Shown piece after piece: positions 21,156 through 30,867 of a DNA stretch of 64,000 bases. The notes beneath the pieces were generated by a model that saw nothing but the letters and a program-made list of their open reading frames with translations, searched no databases and was not told the origin of the DNA. Every line of letters begins with the position of its first letter. The first letter of the stretch is position 1. The stretch comes from an uncultured virus (IMG/VR IMGVR_UViG_3300046315_000155) (lineage: Duplodnaviria > Heunggongvirae > Uroviricota > Caudoviricetes). The stretch lies in IMG/VR virus record IMGVR_UViG_3300046315_000155, one strand, 5' to 3'. Made by a program: the position numbers and the translations under genes.

Positions 21156-21185
21156 ATGACCTCCTAATTGATTTTAGGAGGTCAT
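21156..21185. terminator. cassette terminator
   Basis: atgacctcctaa-ttgatt-ttaggaggtcat; related copies at about 46520, 51510, 56997 and 62540. Confidence 0.75.
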
Positions 21186-21249
21186 TATTAAATTTAATAA
21201 TTAAAAACACACCAATAAATATCAGTATAGAATTATTAAATTTAATAAA

Positions 21250-23661
21250 ATGGCTGAGTTTGTACAAGAAAAATATACTAATGATTGGCAAGTACTAACG
21301 CCTACTGGATATAAAGATTTTGCTGGAGTAGGGCAAACTATTAAATATAATGTTTGGAACGTATACACCACCCAATATCATCTATCTTGTGCTGACGATC
21401 ATATTCTAATTAGATTGAATGATAAAGATGAGTATGAAGAAACTAAACTAGTAGATTTAATAGTTGGGGACGAGATATTGGTAATGGATGATGGTGGATA
21501 TTTGTATCCTGATATAATTCTTGCTATTAATGAATCAGATAATATTGAAAATATGTATGATTTATTGAATGTAGAAGATGACCTCTACATCACCAATAAT
21601 ATAGTTTCACATAACTCGACTACGATGATTTGCTATGCCCTCTGGGTCGCACTATTTAAACCTCATCAAAATATTGCAATATTAGCAAACAAAAGAGATC
21701 TATCTATGGAACTATTAGGTAGACTACAAATGGCATATGAAAATTTGCCAATGTGGTTACAACAAGGAGTAATACAATGGAATAAAACACATATCGAACT
21801 TGAAAATGGTTCTCAAATATTAGCCTCATCCACCAGTGCCACCTCTGTTCGCGGGTCTACCTTCAATATCGTATTTTGCGACGAATTCGCATTCGTCCCT
21901 AATGGTATCCAAGAAGAGTTTATGACCTCGGTATATCCTACTATTTCGTCATCTAAAGAATCTAAATTAATTATCACTTCTTGTGTAGTGAAAAATACAT
22001 ATATTCTCACCACTAAAGGTTATACTCGCATCGAAACTTTTATTAAAGATCAATTAGAGAAAAAATCATATCATATCCCACCATATGAATTAGTGGGTAT
22101 GAAGGGAAATAATAAAGGTACTGTTATGTGTAATAACGGTAAATCAAACGTTAGAAAAATATATACTAATTTTACTGAATTGGAGTGTTCGACTACTCAT
22201 AAACTTTATGCCTGTAAGCAAGGCAAATATGGTTGGTTTAGGGCATCTGAGTTGGAACCTAATGATTTTATTGCAGTCAGATATAATACTCAAATATTTG
22301 GTAATTTGGATACATTAGATTCTGAAAAATTCCCAATAGTTACTCCAGAATTTGCTTATTTTTTTGGTATATATGCTGGTAGTGGTTATATAACTGATGG
22401 CAGATTTATTACTCTGACTCTTCGTATTACGGATAGTGGATATTTGGATGAGGATTGTTATGATGATGCCATAAAAAATATTGGACTGGATTATGAGTTT
22501 GATGGGGTTAATTACATTATAGATTCAATTGAACTAGCCAGTGTATTAAAAAAATTGAAGTACACTTCTCCTGATAAGTATACTACTTTTGGAAATGGTC
22601 TAACTGATATTCCCCTTCGGTGGTCTAAAATTAATACTGTTACCTTTCTCCAAGGATGCTTCGATAGTATGGCACTAGTGAATCATCGTAAAAAAAATAA
22701 CAATTATGGTGATATATACATCACTAATACTAATGAAGACCTATTGGAACAAATACACCTATTATTATTGAATATTGGTGTGGTTAATTCTATCAAAAAG
22801 GGGTTATATGAACAACGAAGATATTATTGGCATATGAGAAGAAAAATGAGATACTCTCGTCGCACTTTGCTGAAGATACCAAATTGCTACACCCCAGAAT
22901 TTTTTGAAATAATTAATTTTAAACATCCTCACAAACAACAATGGAATTGCTATCAGACTAATATCAGAAAATTTCGTAAACAGAGTGATTCTATTCCATT
23001 TTTTATTCCATTCATTAAACAACATCTCCCATTAGAAACACAAAAGAAATATATTAAACAATATTTTGCTTTTAATGGGGAGGGACAACACAAATATGTA
23101 CACATGAATCGACAAAATGCTCTTAAAAAATTACCAATCATTCAATCTGTAATTAATAGTAGTGTTAGCGAATTTGTTGAATTGAATGTTAGACCGGATT
23201 TGTTGTGGACTAAAATTCGTCGGATTAATGACGACCACATCGAACAGTTATATGATTTTTCTCTAGATAATGTTCCTAACGATCCTTGGTGTCATTCCGT
23301 TATCTATAATGGATTTGTTGGTGAACAAACCCCCCGTGGGCTAAACTTATTTTATCGTATTTTTGTTGATGCAAAGAATGGTAAGAATGAGTATGTGCCA
23401 GTAGAGATTACATGGGATATGATTCCAGGAAGAGATGCGGAATTTAAACGAATGACCATCGCGAATACGAGTGCTAAACAATTCGAGCAGGAGTTTGAGT
23501 CGCTTTCATCTTGTAGTATTGTTCGTATCATCGATCTAGAGGGGGTTGAGAGAGACATACAATTAGGAGAATTATACAATTTATTAAAAGAACAGAACAT
23601 ATTAGAGCAGAAGCAAGAGTGCATAGATATTGATTCAGAAATAGTACTTGACAAAGAATGA
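21250..23661 (+). CDS. gp17: terminase large subunit piece 2: split-intein C half (aa 1-122), ATPase extein, contiguous intein (aa 245-693), extein, split-intein N half (aa 751-803)
   Basis: IVSHN/STT junction; ILANK, LGRLQMAYENLP.W.QQG, VRG, Walker B VFCDEFAF; ITS/CVV...GEQ/TPRG; EQEFE/SLS. Confidence 0.93.
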   Translation: MAEFVQEKYTNDWQVLTPTGYKDFAGVGQTIKYNVWNVYTTQYHLSCADDHILIRLNDKDEYEETKLVDLIVGDEILVMDDGGYLYPDIILAINESDNIENMYDLLNVEDDLYITNNIVSHNSTTMICYALWVALFKPHQNIAILANKRDLSMELLGRLQMAYENLPMWLQQGVIQWNKTHIELENGSQILASSTSATSVRGSTFNIVFCDEFAFVPNGIQEEFMTSVYPTISSSKESKLIITSCVVKNTYILTTKGYTRIETFIKDQLEKKSYHIPPYELVGMKGNNKGTVMCNNGKSNVRKIYTNFTELECSTTHKLYACKQGKYGWFRASELEPNDFIAVRYNTQIFGNLDTLDSEKFPIVTPEFAYFFGIYAGSGYITDGRFITLTLRITDSGYLDEDCYDDAIKNIGLDYEFDGVNYIIDSIELASVLKKLKYTSPDKYTTFGNGLTDIPLRWSKINTVTFLQGCFDSMALVNHRKKNNNYGDIYITNTNEDLLEQIHLLLLNIGVVNSIKKGLYEQRRYYWHMRRKMRYSRRTLLKIPNCYTPEFFEIINFKHPHKQQWNCYQTNIRKFRKQSDSIPFFIPFIKQHLPLETQKKYIKQYFAFNGEGQHKYVHMNRQNALKKLPIIQSVINSSVSEFVELNVRPDLLWTKIRRINDDHIEQLYDFSLDNVPNDPWCHSVIYNGFVGEQTPRGLNLFYRIFVDAKNGKNEYVPVEITWDMIPGRDAEFKRMTIANTSAKQFEQEFESLSSCSIVRIIDLEGVERDIQLGELYNLLKEQNILEQKQECIDIDSEIVLDKE
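21982..23328 (+). mobile_element. contiguous 449-aa intein with degenerate LAGLIDADG endonuclease, C-terminal Gln
   Basis: C1 block A CVVKNTYI, block B LECSTTHKL, FAYFFGIYAGSG and FLQGCFDSMA helices, block F LYDFSL, ends GFVGEQ/T. Confidence 0.85.
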
Positions 23662-23676
23662 TGTGGATGTTATGAT
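23648..23676 (+). promoter_or_regulatory. sigma70-type promoter
   Basis: TTGACA-17 nt-TATGAT with TG extension. Confidence 0.65.
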
Positions 23677-23701
23677 TAATTTATTGAATTAAGATGTATA
23701 G

Positions 23702-24742
23702 ATGGCTAATAAAATAACTTTAACGAAAAAAGAATTGCTTGATATTGCTAAAACTGTACATAGTGGTTCTGATATAGCTAAACAATTAGGATACAGTGTA
23801 ACTGGTATTCATCTTCACATTAAACGATTGGGGATTAATAAAAAGGAACTAATATTTCTACAAAAACCTAAATTCAGCAGCATTAGTCGAGAACAGTTGA
23901 TGGAAGCATTGGAAGAATGTAATTGGCATCAATCAGAAGCAGCTAAATTACTTAATAGTTCGCCATCTACAATAAATCGATTAATTGATAAATATAATAT
24001 TGTGCGAGTAGTTCGTGCATATATTGAATTAGATATTAATTTTAATATTTTTGGTGTGCCAATTGTAAATAAATTAGGATTGAGTGATATATATTTGCAA
24101 GATATGATCGAAAAATTGGAAGGTAAGATAGATGTAATAGATGAAAATACTTGGTTGTGTAAGTATAGTACCACTAATGGCTATCCTAAAATCACTTTAT
24201 GTAAAAATGGAAAACCATCATCTCATAAAATACATAGAATCATATATCAACTAACAAAGGTAGTATTAACTTCAGATATATGTTTATGTCATAAAGATGA
24301 TAATAAATTAAATGTTCACCCAGATAATTTATTTGAAGGTTCCAGAATAGACAATAATAATGATAAAGCCGAGAAATTCCGAACTAATTCTGATTTAAGT
24401 GAAGAAGATATTCTCCATATTGTAGAATTGTATGATATACATAAATGGACACAAAAAGAAATTGGTGAGAAATTCCAAATCAGTCAAGTACAAGTAGGGA
24501 GAATATTGAGACGAGAATGCTTTAAACATGTGGAGCGTAAAATATTCCCAGGTGTTGTCATCAAATCTCGTACAATGGTTGGAAGTTCGCACAAGAATAG
24601 TAAAGTATCTGACGAACAAGTATTAGAAATAAGAAGATTATGGAGTGAAGGAGTAAGTAAAGGAGAATTATCTAGACGTTATAGTTTGGATAGAAAAACT
24701 GTTTCGGATATGGTAGAAAGACGTACTTGGAAACATATTTAA
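23702..24742 (+). CDS. HNH homing endonuclease with multiple HTH domains
   Basis: GYPKI...HRIIY...CHKDDNKLNVHPDNLFEG...NNND; Fis-like HTHs at the N-terminus; ends RRTWKHI. Confidence 0.82.
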   Translation: MANKITLTKKELLDIAKTVHSGSDIAKQLGYSVTGIHLHIKRLGINKKELIFLQKPKFSSISREQLMEALEECNWHQSEAAKLLNSSPSTINRLIDKYNIVRVVRAYIELDINFNIFGVPIVNKLGLSDIYLQDMIEKLEGKIDVIDENTWLCKYSTTNGYPKITLCKNGKPSSHKIHRIIYQLTKVVLTSDICLCHKDDNKLNVHPDNLFEGSRIDNNNDKAEKFRTNSDLSEEDILHIVELYDIHKWTQKEIGEKFQISQVQVGRILRRECFKHVERKIFPGVVIKSRTMVGSSHKNSKVSDEQVLEIRRLWSEGVSKGELSRRYSLDRKTVSDMVERRTWKHI

Positions 24743-24750
24743 TTAAGAAC

Positions 24751-25128
24751 ATGAAACCAACAAAAGAAGAAATAATTTTATTAGCAAAAACAAGTTGTAG
24801 TCGTACAGATATGGCTATGCAGTTAGGTATTACAGTACCAGAAATTTGTGATTTGATTAAAGAATATGGGATACTAAACAAACAACTTCATTATATGCCG
24901 AACCATAAAGTTCGTGAGTTGAGAGGAGTCGATCCTGCTAATAATTATTCACAAATTAAAAAAGTAGATCTGGTAGTTAATACAAAACCAGATGAAGTCT
25001 GGAAAGACTTACCAGAAGGTAAATTAGAAGAATTGTCTCAAAAAATATATGAAGACATTATGGTTACTGCGAATGGTGCGGAATTTACTGCATTATATCA
25101 AACTTGTGTGGGATATGTGAAGCTATGA
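24751..25128 (+). CDS. hypothetical protein with HTH-like N-terminus
   Basis: ORF; probable ATG 24751 (MKPTKEEII...). Confidence 0.5.
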   Translation: MKPTKEEIILLAKTSCSRTDMAMQLGITVPEICDLIKEYGILNKQLHYMPNHKVRELRGVDPANNYSQIKKVDLVVNTKPDEVWKDLPEGKLEELSQKIYEDIMVTANGAEFTALYQTCVGYVKL

Positions 25129-25325
25129 ATACTAAACTAAAATATTATTGTTTTCAATATCAGCTACCCTTATTATCTGGTGTAGTGATTGTTTATAAAC
25201 AACCATATGAAACCATATTACAGACAGCCACTATACAATTAAGGAATCGATTGAGGATGCAATTGCCATTAGGTTACGATCACTTTTCATTAGTAGGTGA
25301 AGGATATATAGAAATCGATGATTGA
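25125..25325 (+). CDS. hypothetical protein
   Basis: ORF coupled to the previous stop codon (ATGA overlap). Confidence 0.45.
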   Translation: MNTKLKYYCFQYQLPLLSGVVIVYKQPYETILQTATIQLRNRLRMQLPLGYDHFSLVGEGYIEIDD

Positions 25326-25350
25326 CAATAATTAATTTTAGTGATACGAT
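25322..25350 (+). promoter_or_regulatory. sigma70-type promoter of gp43
   Basis: TTGACA-17 nt-TACGAT with TG extension. Confidence 0.65.
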
Positions 25351-25375
25351 AGTATTAAAATAAGGAAATTGAAAC

Positions 25376-27862
25376 ATGTCTGCACAGTATGTTAGCTGCA
25401 AACTTTTCGGAAATATTATATATTATATTGGGTATCAGGATGGGAAAAGGGTTCAATTCAAAGAACCAATTTCCCCATCTTTATATCTAAAATCAAATAC
25501 TCCCACTGATTATAAAACTTTATCTGGCGAATTTGTATCACCAAAATCCTTCAATACCGTCAAAGAAGCAAAGGATTTTATTAAGGAGTACGAGTATGTA
25601 ACTGATTTCAAAGTGTATGGTTATGAGAAATTTAACTATATATGGTTATCAGAAAAGTTTCCAGAAATTATTAAATTTAATAATGAACTGGTCAGGAAGT
25701 TCTATTTGGATATCGAAACTACCAGCGAATATGGATTTCCCAATGTAAACGATCCACAAGAGAGTATAATTTGTCTTACTTTATACGATTCATATACAAA
25801 GATATACAATGTGTATGGTATTGCAGATATAACTTTAGAAGAAGTAGATACGGTGTATCACCAATATAGCACTGAACCTGATATGCTGATTGGGTTTCTT
25901 AATTATTGGAAAGATAATTATCCAGATGTTCTTTCTAGTTGGAATGGTATAAAATTTGATATTCCCTATATAATTAATCGAATCAATCTAGTCTTGGGTG
26001 AATCATATAGCAAGAAGTTGTCACCTTGGGGTAGGATTCATACTAAAAAGGATTATGATTTTGGTAATGAATATACTGTGTATGAGATCGTAGGGGTATC
26101 TCACTTAGATTATATGCAGCTTTACAAAAAGTTTACATATAAGAATCAAGAAAGTTATTCATTGGATCATATTGCTAATGTGGAATTGGGGGCAGAAAAG
26201 TTAGATCATAGCGAGTATGGTAGTTGGATTTCATTCTACACTGAAAACATTTTCAAATTTACTTCTTATAATTTACAAGATGTACGATTACTCCGGCGAT
26301 TAGAAGAAAAGATGGGTCTACTAGACTTAGCATTAGTAGTATCATATGATGCCAAAATTAATTTCTCTGATGTATATTCTCAAGTATGTTGCTGGGATAA
26401 TATTATCTATAATTACCTCAAAGAAAGAAATATAGTAGTTCCTTCTAAAGCTTATAATACCAAAGATGACAAATTTGATGGTGCATTTGTCAAAGAACCT
26501 AACCCTGGTATGTATAGTTGGGTTGTGTCATTCGATTTGGCATCTCTGTATCCTCACATTATCCAACTGCTTAATATCTCCCCAGAGACTATACGAGGAT
26601 TTGACCCACAAATAACAATAGAAAAGGTATTGAATGAAAGTTTAGACTTCTCTCGATACACCGATTATTGTATTTCTCCTTCTGGTACGTTGTATGATCG
26701 TACTAGTGAAGGTATGTTATCTCAACTAATGTCAAAGTACTATAGTGAACGAAAACATTATAAAAAATTACAAAAAGAAGCAGAAAAGGAATATCAAATT
26801 AATCCTACCGAGCAATTAGCGATAGATATATCTACCTACAATAACATACAGCTTGCCAAAAAAATTGCCATGAATAGTGCTTATGGTGTTCTAGGATCGC
26901 CATATTTCAGGTATTATAACTTAGCAAACGCTACTTCAATTACGCATACTGGACAAGTCGCTATTCGTTGCGCGAGTGACAGAATTAACATATTTATTTC
27001 TGAACTAGTAGGCAAGAGTAAAGACCGTATTATTGCTAACGATACAGATTCTATGTTTATTGATTTTAACGATTTAGTATTGGCTAAATGTGAAGGTATG
27101 AATAATGAGCAAATAGTTGATTATTTGGACGAATATTGTCAAGCTATTATCAGTCCAAAGATATCAGAAATATATGACGAACTGGGAGAATATTTGCATG
27201 TGTATAAGCAGTGTCTTACGATGGTTCGGGACACGATTTCTAGTAAATTCTTGATTACTGGTAAAAAACGATACATATCTAATGTTTATGATGCAGAAGG
27301 GGTGCGCTACAAAGAACCAAAATTAAAGGTAGTTGGATTAGAAGTAGTACGTTCGTCTACTCCTAAGTGTTTTCGAGATAAGTTGAACTCTGCATATTCT
27401 GTTATCATCAATTCTAATAATTCAGAATTGATTGAATATGTAGATCGGGTACGGTCTGATAGCAAAAAGCTAACTTCTGCCGAAATTGGTGTTGCGCGTG
27501 GAGTGTCTGATGTGAACAAGTATACGGATCCGTATAGTAATGGATACATAAAAGGGACACCTATTGGTGCAAGGTCTGCAATTGTATATAATGGATATAT
27601 TCTTGTTAATAATTTGGAAAAAAAATATCAATTAATCAAAAATGGTGATAAAATTAAAACGGTATATCTAAAGATGCCCAATCCCATCCACGAGAATATT
27701 ATTGCCTTTTTTGGCAGCATACCGCCAGAAATGGGGTTAGAGCAGTATGTGGATCACGACTTAATGCTAGAGAAATGTTTCTTAACTCCCCTAGAGGGCG
27801 TTCTAAATGTTGTAGGATGGGAATTAACTGAATCCAATACACTAGAAGATTTGCTGTTCTAG
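25376..27862 (+). CDS. gp43: family B DNA polymerase
   Basis: exonuclease DIETT, FDIPY, YN.QD; polymerase SFDLASLYP, K...NSAYG, NDTDS, KKRY; uninterrupted. Confidence 0.97.
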   Translation: MSAQYVSCKLFGNIIYYIGYQDGKRVQFKEPISPSLYLKSNTPTDYKTLSGEFVSPKSFNTVKEAKDFIKEYEYVTDFKVYGYEKFNYIWLSEKFPEIIKFNNELVRKFYLDIETTSEYGFPNVNDPQESIICLTLYDSYTKIYNVYGIADITLEEVDTVYHQYSTEPDMLIGFLNYWKDNYPDVLSSWNGIKFDIPYIINRINLVLGESYSKKLSPWGRIHTKKDYDFGNEYTVYEIVGVSHLDYMQLYKKFTYKNQESYSLDHIANVELGAEKLDHSEYGSWISFYTENIFKFTSYNLQDVRLLRRLEEKMGLLDLALVVSYDAKINFSDVYSQVCCWDNIIYNYLKERNIVVPSKAYNTKDDKFDGAFVKEPNPGMYSWVVSFDLASLYPHIIQLLNISPETIRGFDPQITIEKVLNESLDFSRYTDYCISPSGTLYDRTSEGMLSQLMSKYYSERKHYKKLQKEAEKEYQINPTEQLAIDISTYNNIQLAKKIAMNSAYGVLGSPYFRYYNLANATSITHTGQVAIRCASDRINIFISELVGKSKDRIIANDTDSMFIDFNDLVLAKCEGMNNEQIVDYLDEYCQAIISPKISEIYDELGEYLHVYKQCLTMVRDTISSKFLITGKKRYISNVYDAEGVRYKEPKLKVVGLEVVRSSTPKCFRDKLNSAYSVIINSNNSELIEYVDRVRSDSKKLTSAEIGVARGVSDVNKYTDPYSNGYIKGTPIGARSAIVYNGYILVNNLEKKYQLIKNGDKIKTVYLKMPNPIHENIIAFFGSIPPEMGLEQYVDHDLMLEKCFLTPLEGVLNVVGWELTESNTLEDLLF

Positions 27863-27867
27863 TGTAT

Positions 27868-27899
27868 TGGTTATCCGCCAAATGGCGGATAACCATTTT
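27868..27899 (+). terminator. terminator after gp43
   Basis: tggttatccgcca-aa-tggcggataacca followed by tttt. Confidence 0.75.
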
Positions 27900-27941
27900 A
27901 TGGAGATGGTGTCATAATATATAAGTAGCGAAAGATTAATT

Positions 27942-28178
27942 GTCAAGAACCACGGGGTTAACCCCGTGGCTTGGGTATAACAATATATCTAACTCAAGTC
28001 TTGTCTAGATCATTTGTGGTCTGACCACATCTACAATACATATCCTGGCACATACGTTCAGATATTTTCCTAGGCTGTACCTCTATAAATCTAATTGTTT
28101 AGATTCTATTAAATAGGACATCTTGGATATGTTGGTCTAAGGAACTTGTAACTTTATTAGTAAGTACGGGTCATTCAA
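27942..28178 (+). ncRNA. orphan IsrB/IscB-type omegaRNA (HEARO-like) scaffold / IS200/IS605 end, no associated nuclease ORF
   Basis: GTCAAGAAC plus perfect palindrome ccacggggttaaccccgtgg plus cttg...caagtcttg.ctaga, ggcacatac, ttcctagg, ggacatc...atgttggtctaaggaac..gtaact; this layout is recalled from cyanobacterial IsrB leaders. Confidence 0.6.
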
Positions 28179-28190
28179 ATATTAATAACA

Positions 28191-28583
28191 ATGAACTATA
28201 AAAGTTTGTCCGCAGTCTATCGAGAATATTTTAAATTTCGAGAAATGTCTAAATATAACCTCATTCGTTATATACCCACTGGTGATTTTCCAATGTTTGA
28301 TTATGATAGTGGATTACTATCGATCAAATTACGTCAGTCTATAAAATATGTAAAAAATATTAAACAAAATGGTGCGGCAGTTAATGTGACTATTAATAAC
28401 ATTGATGATGGTGATTGGTCAGCAGAAACTGTATTAATATCAGACGATGCAGATTTTGATTTTATATTCAACAAAGTTGAATACTACCTTAATAATTTAT
28501 CAAAATTGCCAACTGTTTCCGAATTTTTATTAGAGTTATCAATTGCTGGAGAAACTATGTTCACATCACTACATAAACTATAA
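28191..28583 (+). CDS. hypothetical protein
   Basis: 130-aa ORF with no RRXRR/PLMP or other recognised motif. Confidence 0.55.
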   Translation: MNYKSLSAVYREYFKFREMSKYNLIRYIPTGDFPMFDYDSGLLSIKLRQSIKYVKNIKQNGAAVNVTINNIDDGDWSAETVLISDDADFDFIFNKVEYYLNNLSKLPTVSEFLLELSIAGETMFTSLHKL

Positions 28584-28800
28584 TGGACACCAAATTAAAA
28601 ACACTGATTTTTAGTATAAAAAACGATAAGCAAATGATTTGTAAACTAGTATCGCGCCGCAGGTATTTAATTAATAATGGGTTAACCGCAGAAGATGCAG
28701 CTAGACAAACTTTGGAAGAATATAATTATTAAATTTAATAACTCCCTGTTAATAATGGGGAGTTTTTTTATAAATATTAATACCAATATTTGGGGTTACA

Positions 28801-29661
28801 ATGGCTAAATCACCGTACTTTAGAAATTCTTCGGAAAATGAGCAGAGATTATATGAAAACATCATCACTGAATCCATCTATATCATGGGTGAGGACATTC
28901 TATATCTTCCTCGCACAATTGTCAATTTTGATACTTTATTTGGTGAGGATATTCTGTCCAAATACACGGAATCTTTTTTATTAGAAGCATATATGGACAA
29001 TCAAAACTCTGGGTTTGGGAATCAAGCTAACATTTTTGGTAAGTTTGGGATAGAAGTTAAGGATGAAGCAATATACACCATCTCTAAAACTAAGTTTGAG
29101 CAAGTGGTATTGGACAACAATCTTTCATCACTAACCAGACCATTGGAAGGGGATCTTATATATTCTATCGTTTCTAGAGAACTGTTTCAAATAAAGTTTG
29201 TTGAAGAAGAGAACCCCTATAGACAGTTCGGTAAGATACAAACGTACAAATTAAGTTGTGAAGCTTACAAATATAGCAATCAACGTATTAATACTGACAT
29301 TGTGGAACGAGAAGCAAACGGGTTTAGCACTGCACTTACTATCACATTAGATGCTGGAGTTGGTGATTTTATTATTGGCGAAGCGGCAAATAATGGAACT
29401 GTTAATGGTAAGGTAGTTGACTGGAATATAGTCACTAGAGAATTGAAATTAATTGATATGAATGGTGCGGTGAATGAGATTTTACCTATAATTAGTGGTT
29501 CTACTGTCTGGAGTATTGCCAAATTTAAGACCACTGATGATACTAATATTTTGATGGATATAAATGATTTACTAGAGAAGAAGGCAGATACTATTGTAGA
29601 TCAGAGCGAAGTCAATGCTTTAGGCAAAATCGTGACAAGTAATTTTATGAATAACTTTTAA
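28801..29661 (+). CDS. gp14: neck / head completion protein
   Basis: EQRLYE.II.ESI..MG.D..YLPR, FGED..SKY, KFG.E..DE, RPLEGDLIY, L.CE.YKYS. Confidence 0.92.
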   Translation: MAKSPYFRNSSENEQRLYENIITESIYIMGEDILYLPRTIVNFDTLFGEDILSKYTESFLLEAYMDNQNSGFGNQANIFGKFGIEVKDEAIYTISKTKFEQVVLDNNLSSLTRPLEGDLIYSIVSRELFQIKFVEEENPYRQFGKIQTYKLSCEAYKYSNQRINTDIVEREANGFSTALTITLDAGVGDFIIGEAANNGTVNGKVVDWNIVTRELKLIDMNGAVNEILPIISGSTVWSIAKFKTTDDTNILMDINDLLEKKADTIVDQSEVNALGKIVTSNFMNNF

Positions 29662-29703
29662 TTTTTTGTGTTATAATGATTATATACTTTATATTAGCAA
29701 ATT

Positions 29704-29967
29704 ATGATTCATTTCTGTAAAATATTAAATCTTTGGCAGTTCGATCAACCTAATCATAATGTATATAAAAAAATGCTAATAAAAAGATAGTTTATCGGAG
29801 ATTTGGGTAAAAACCCCTTACGGGGTAATTAGATAGCAATTGTTCTGAGAAACGCAGAGGAATCCCTGAGCGAAGCGATGCTTTAGCACAGGGAGGTATG
29901 TCAAAATCAATTAATTGAAGCACATCTAGAGAATCAAGCAACATGGGGTAAACCTATTCTGCTCTGA
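29704..29967 (+). pseudogene. HNH family copy 5, centre replaced by an IS605-type right end
   Basis: MIHFCKILNLWQFDQPNHNV start and QLIEAHLENQATWGKPILL end flank about 115 nt of foreign sequence. Confidence 0.8.
29790..29904 (+). mobile_element. IS200/IS605 right end / TnpB reRNA-like scaffold remnant
   Basis: gaatccctg...ctttagcacagggaggtatgTCAA resembles the canonical GAATCCC..CTTTAGC..GGGAG..GTCAA right-end hairpin. Confidence 0.65.
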
Positions 29968-30034
29968 GAGAGGTCTAGGATGCCCCACAACGCACCATAA
30001 CTCTAAATATGAATACAAGTATCAAAATATAAAA

Positions 30035-30832
30035 ATGTTAGGAAATAGATGGTTTTATAACGAATCAATTAAACGAATTATTATAGCATTCGGCACTCTA
30101 TTCTCGAACATTGAATTACGAAGATATGACAAGACCAACACATTGATCCAAACTATCAAAGTCCCGATCCACTACTCGAACAGAGACCGCCTTCTAGCGA
30201 GGGCACTAGAAGTACCAGATCTGGAAGATACTACTTTGATTGGAATGAAGTATCCTCAGATCGTTTTTGAGATGATCTCGCTCCAATACGATCCAGAACG
30301 AAAACTGAATACCTTAAACAAACTCTACAATTGCAGTATTGATGGGAAGTCCTCAACTTTAGTACCAGTGCCCTACAATTTAGATTTTGAAGTCAATATA
30401 CTCACTATTTCTAATGATGATGTTCTACAAATAGTCGAACAAATATTACCATACTTTACTCCCACATTCACTATAAATATAGTCAGTACGGCAGGATTCC
30501 CAAGTACAGAAGTACCAATCACCCTGAATAATATTAATTATAGTGATAGTTATGCGGGGAATTATATGGATTCCACTAGAGAAATTATATATACATTAAG
30601 ATTTACGGCTAGTGGTAATATATTTGGAGCAATTACTGATAACAGTAATAAGTTGATTAAACATGTAACCGTAAATATAAATACAGTCAATAATAGTGTC
30701 GTGCCTGCATCTACATTAGTAGTAACGCCAGTAGCTAAGACCGATCTGAATAATGATGGGGCAATAAATCAATTAGATAATAATTTATTAACTGCTACTA
30801 GTGATTTTGGATTCGCATTGGCAATAAATTAG
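30035..30832 (+). CDS. gp15: tail sheath stabiliser / tail terminator
   Basis: FYNESIKR..IAFGTLF, KVPI.Y, FEM..LQYDPERKL, PVPYNL.F, QIVEQILPYF.P. Confidence 0.93.
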   Translation: MLGNRWFYNESIKRIIIAFGTLFSNIELRRYDKTNTLIQTIKVPIHYSNRDRLLARALEVPDLEDTTLIGMKYPQIVFEMISLQYDPERKLNTLNKLYNCSIDGKSSTLVPVPYNLDFEVNILTISNDDVLQIVEQILPYFTPTFTINIVSTAGFPSTEVPITLNNINYSDSYAGNYMDSTREIIYTLRFTASGNIFGAITDNSNKLIKHVTVNINTVNNSVVPASTLVVTPVAKTDLNNDGAINQLDNNLLTATSDFGFALAIN

Positions 30833-30867
30833 CTGAACTAAATATAAATATTAAATTTAATAATTTT

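Noticed and set aside
21106..21291. 61-aa minus-strand ORF with IKFNN repeats
   Set aside because: It is an artefact of two palindrome copies and the cassette terminator.
25376..27862. Intein or split in DNA polymerase gp43
   Set aside because: It is 828 aa with all motifs contiguous and no intein blocks seen.
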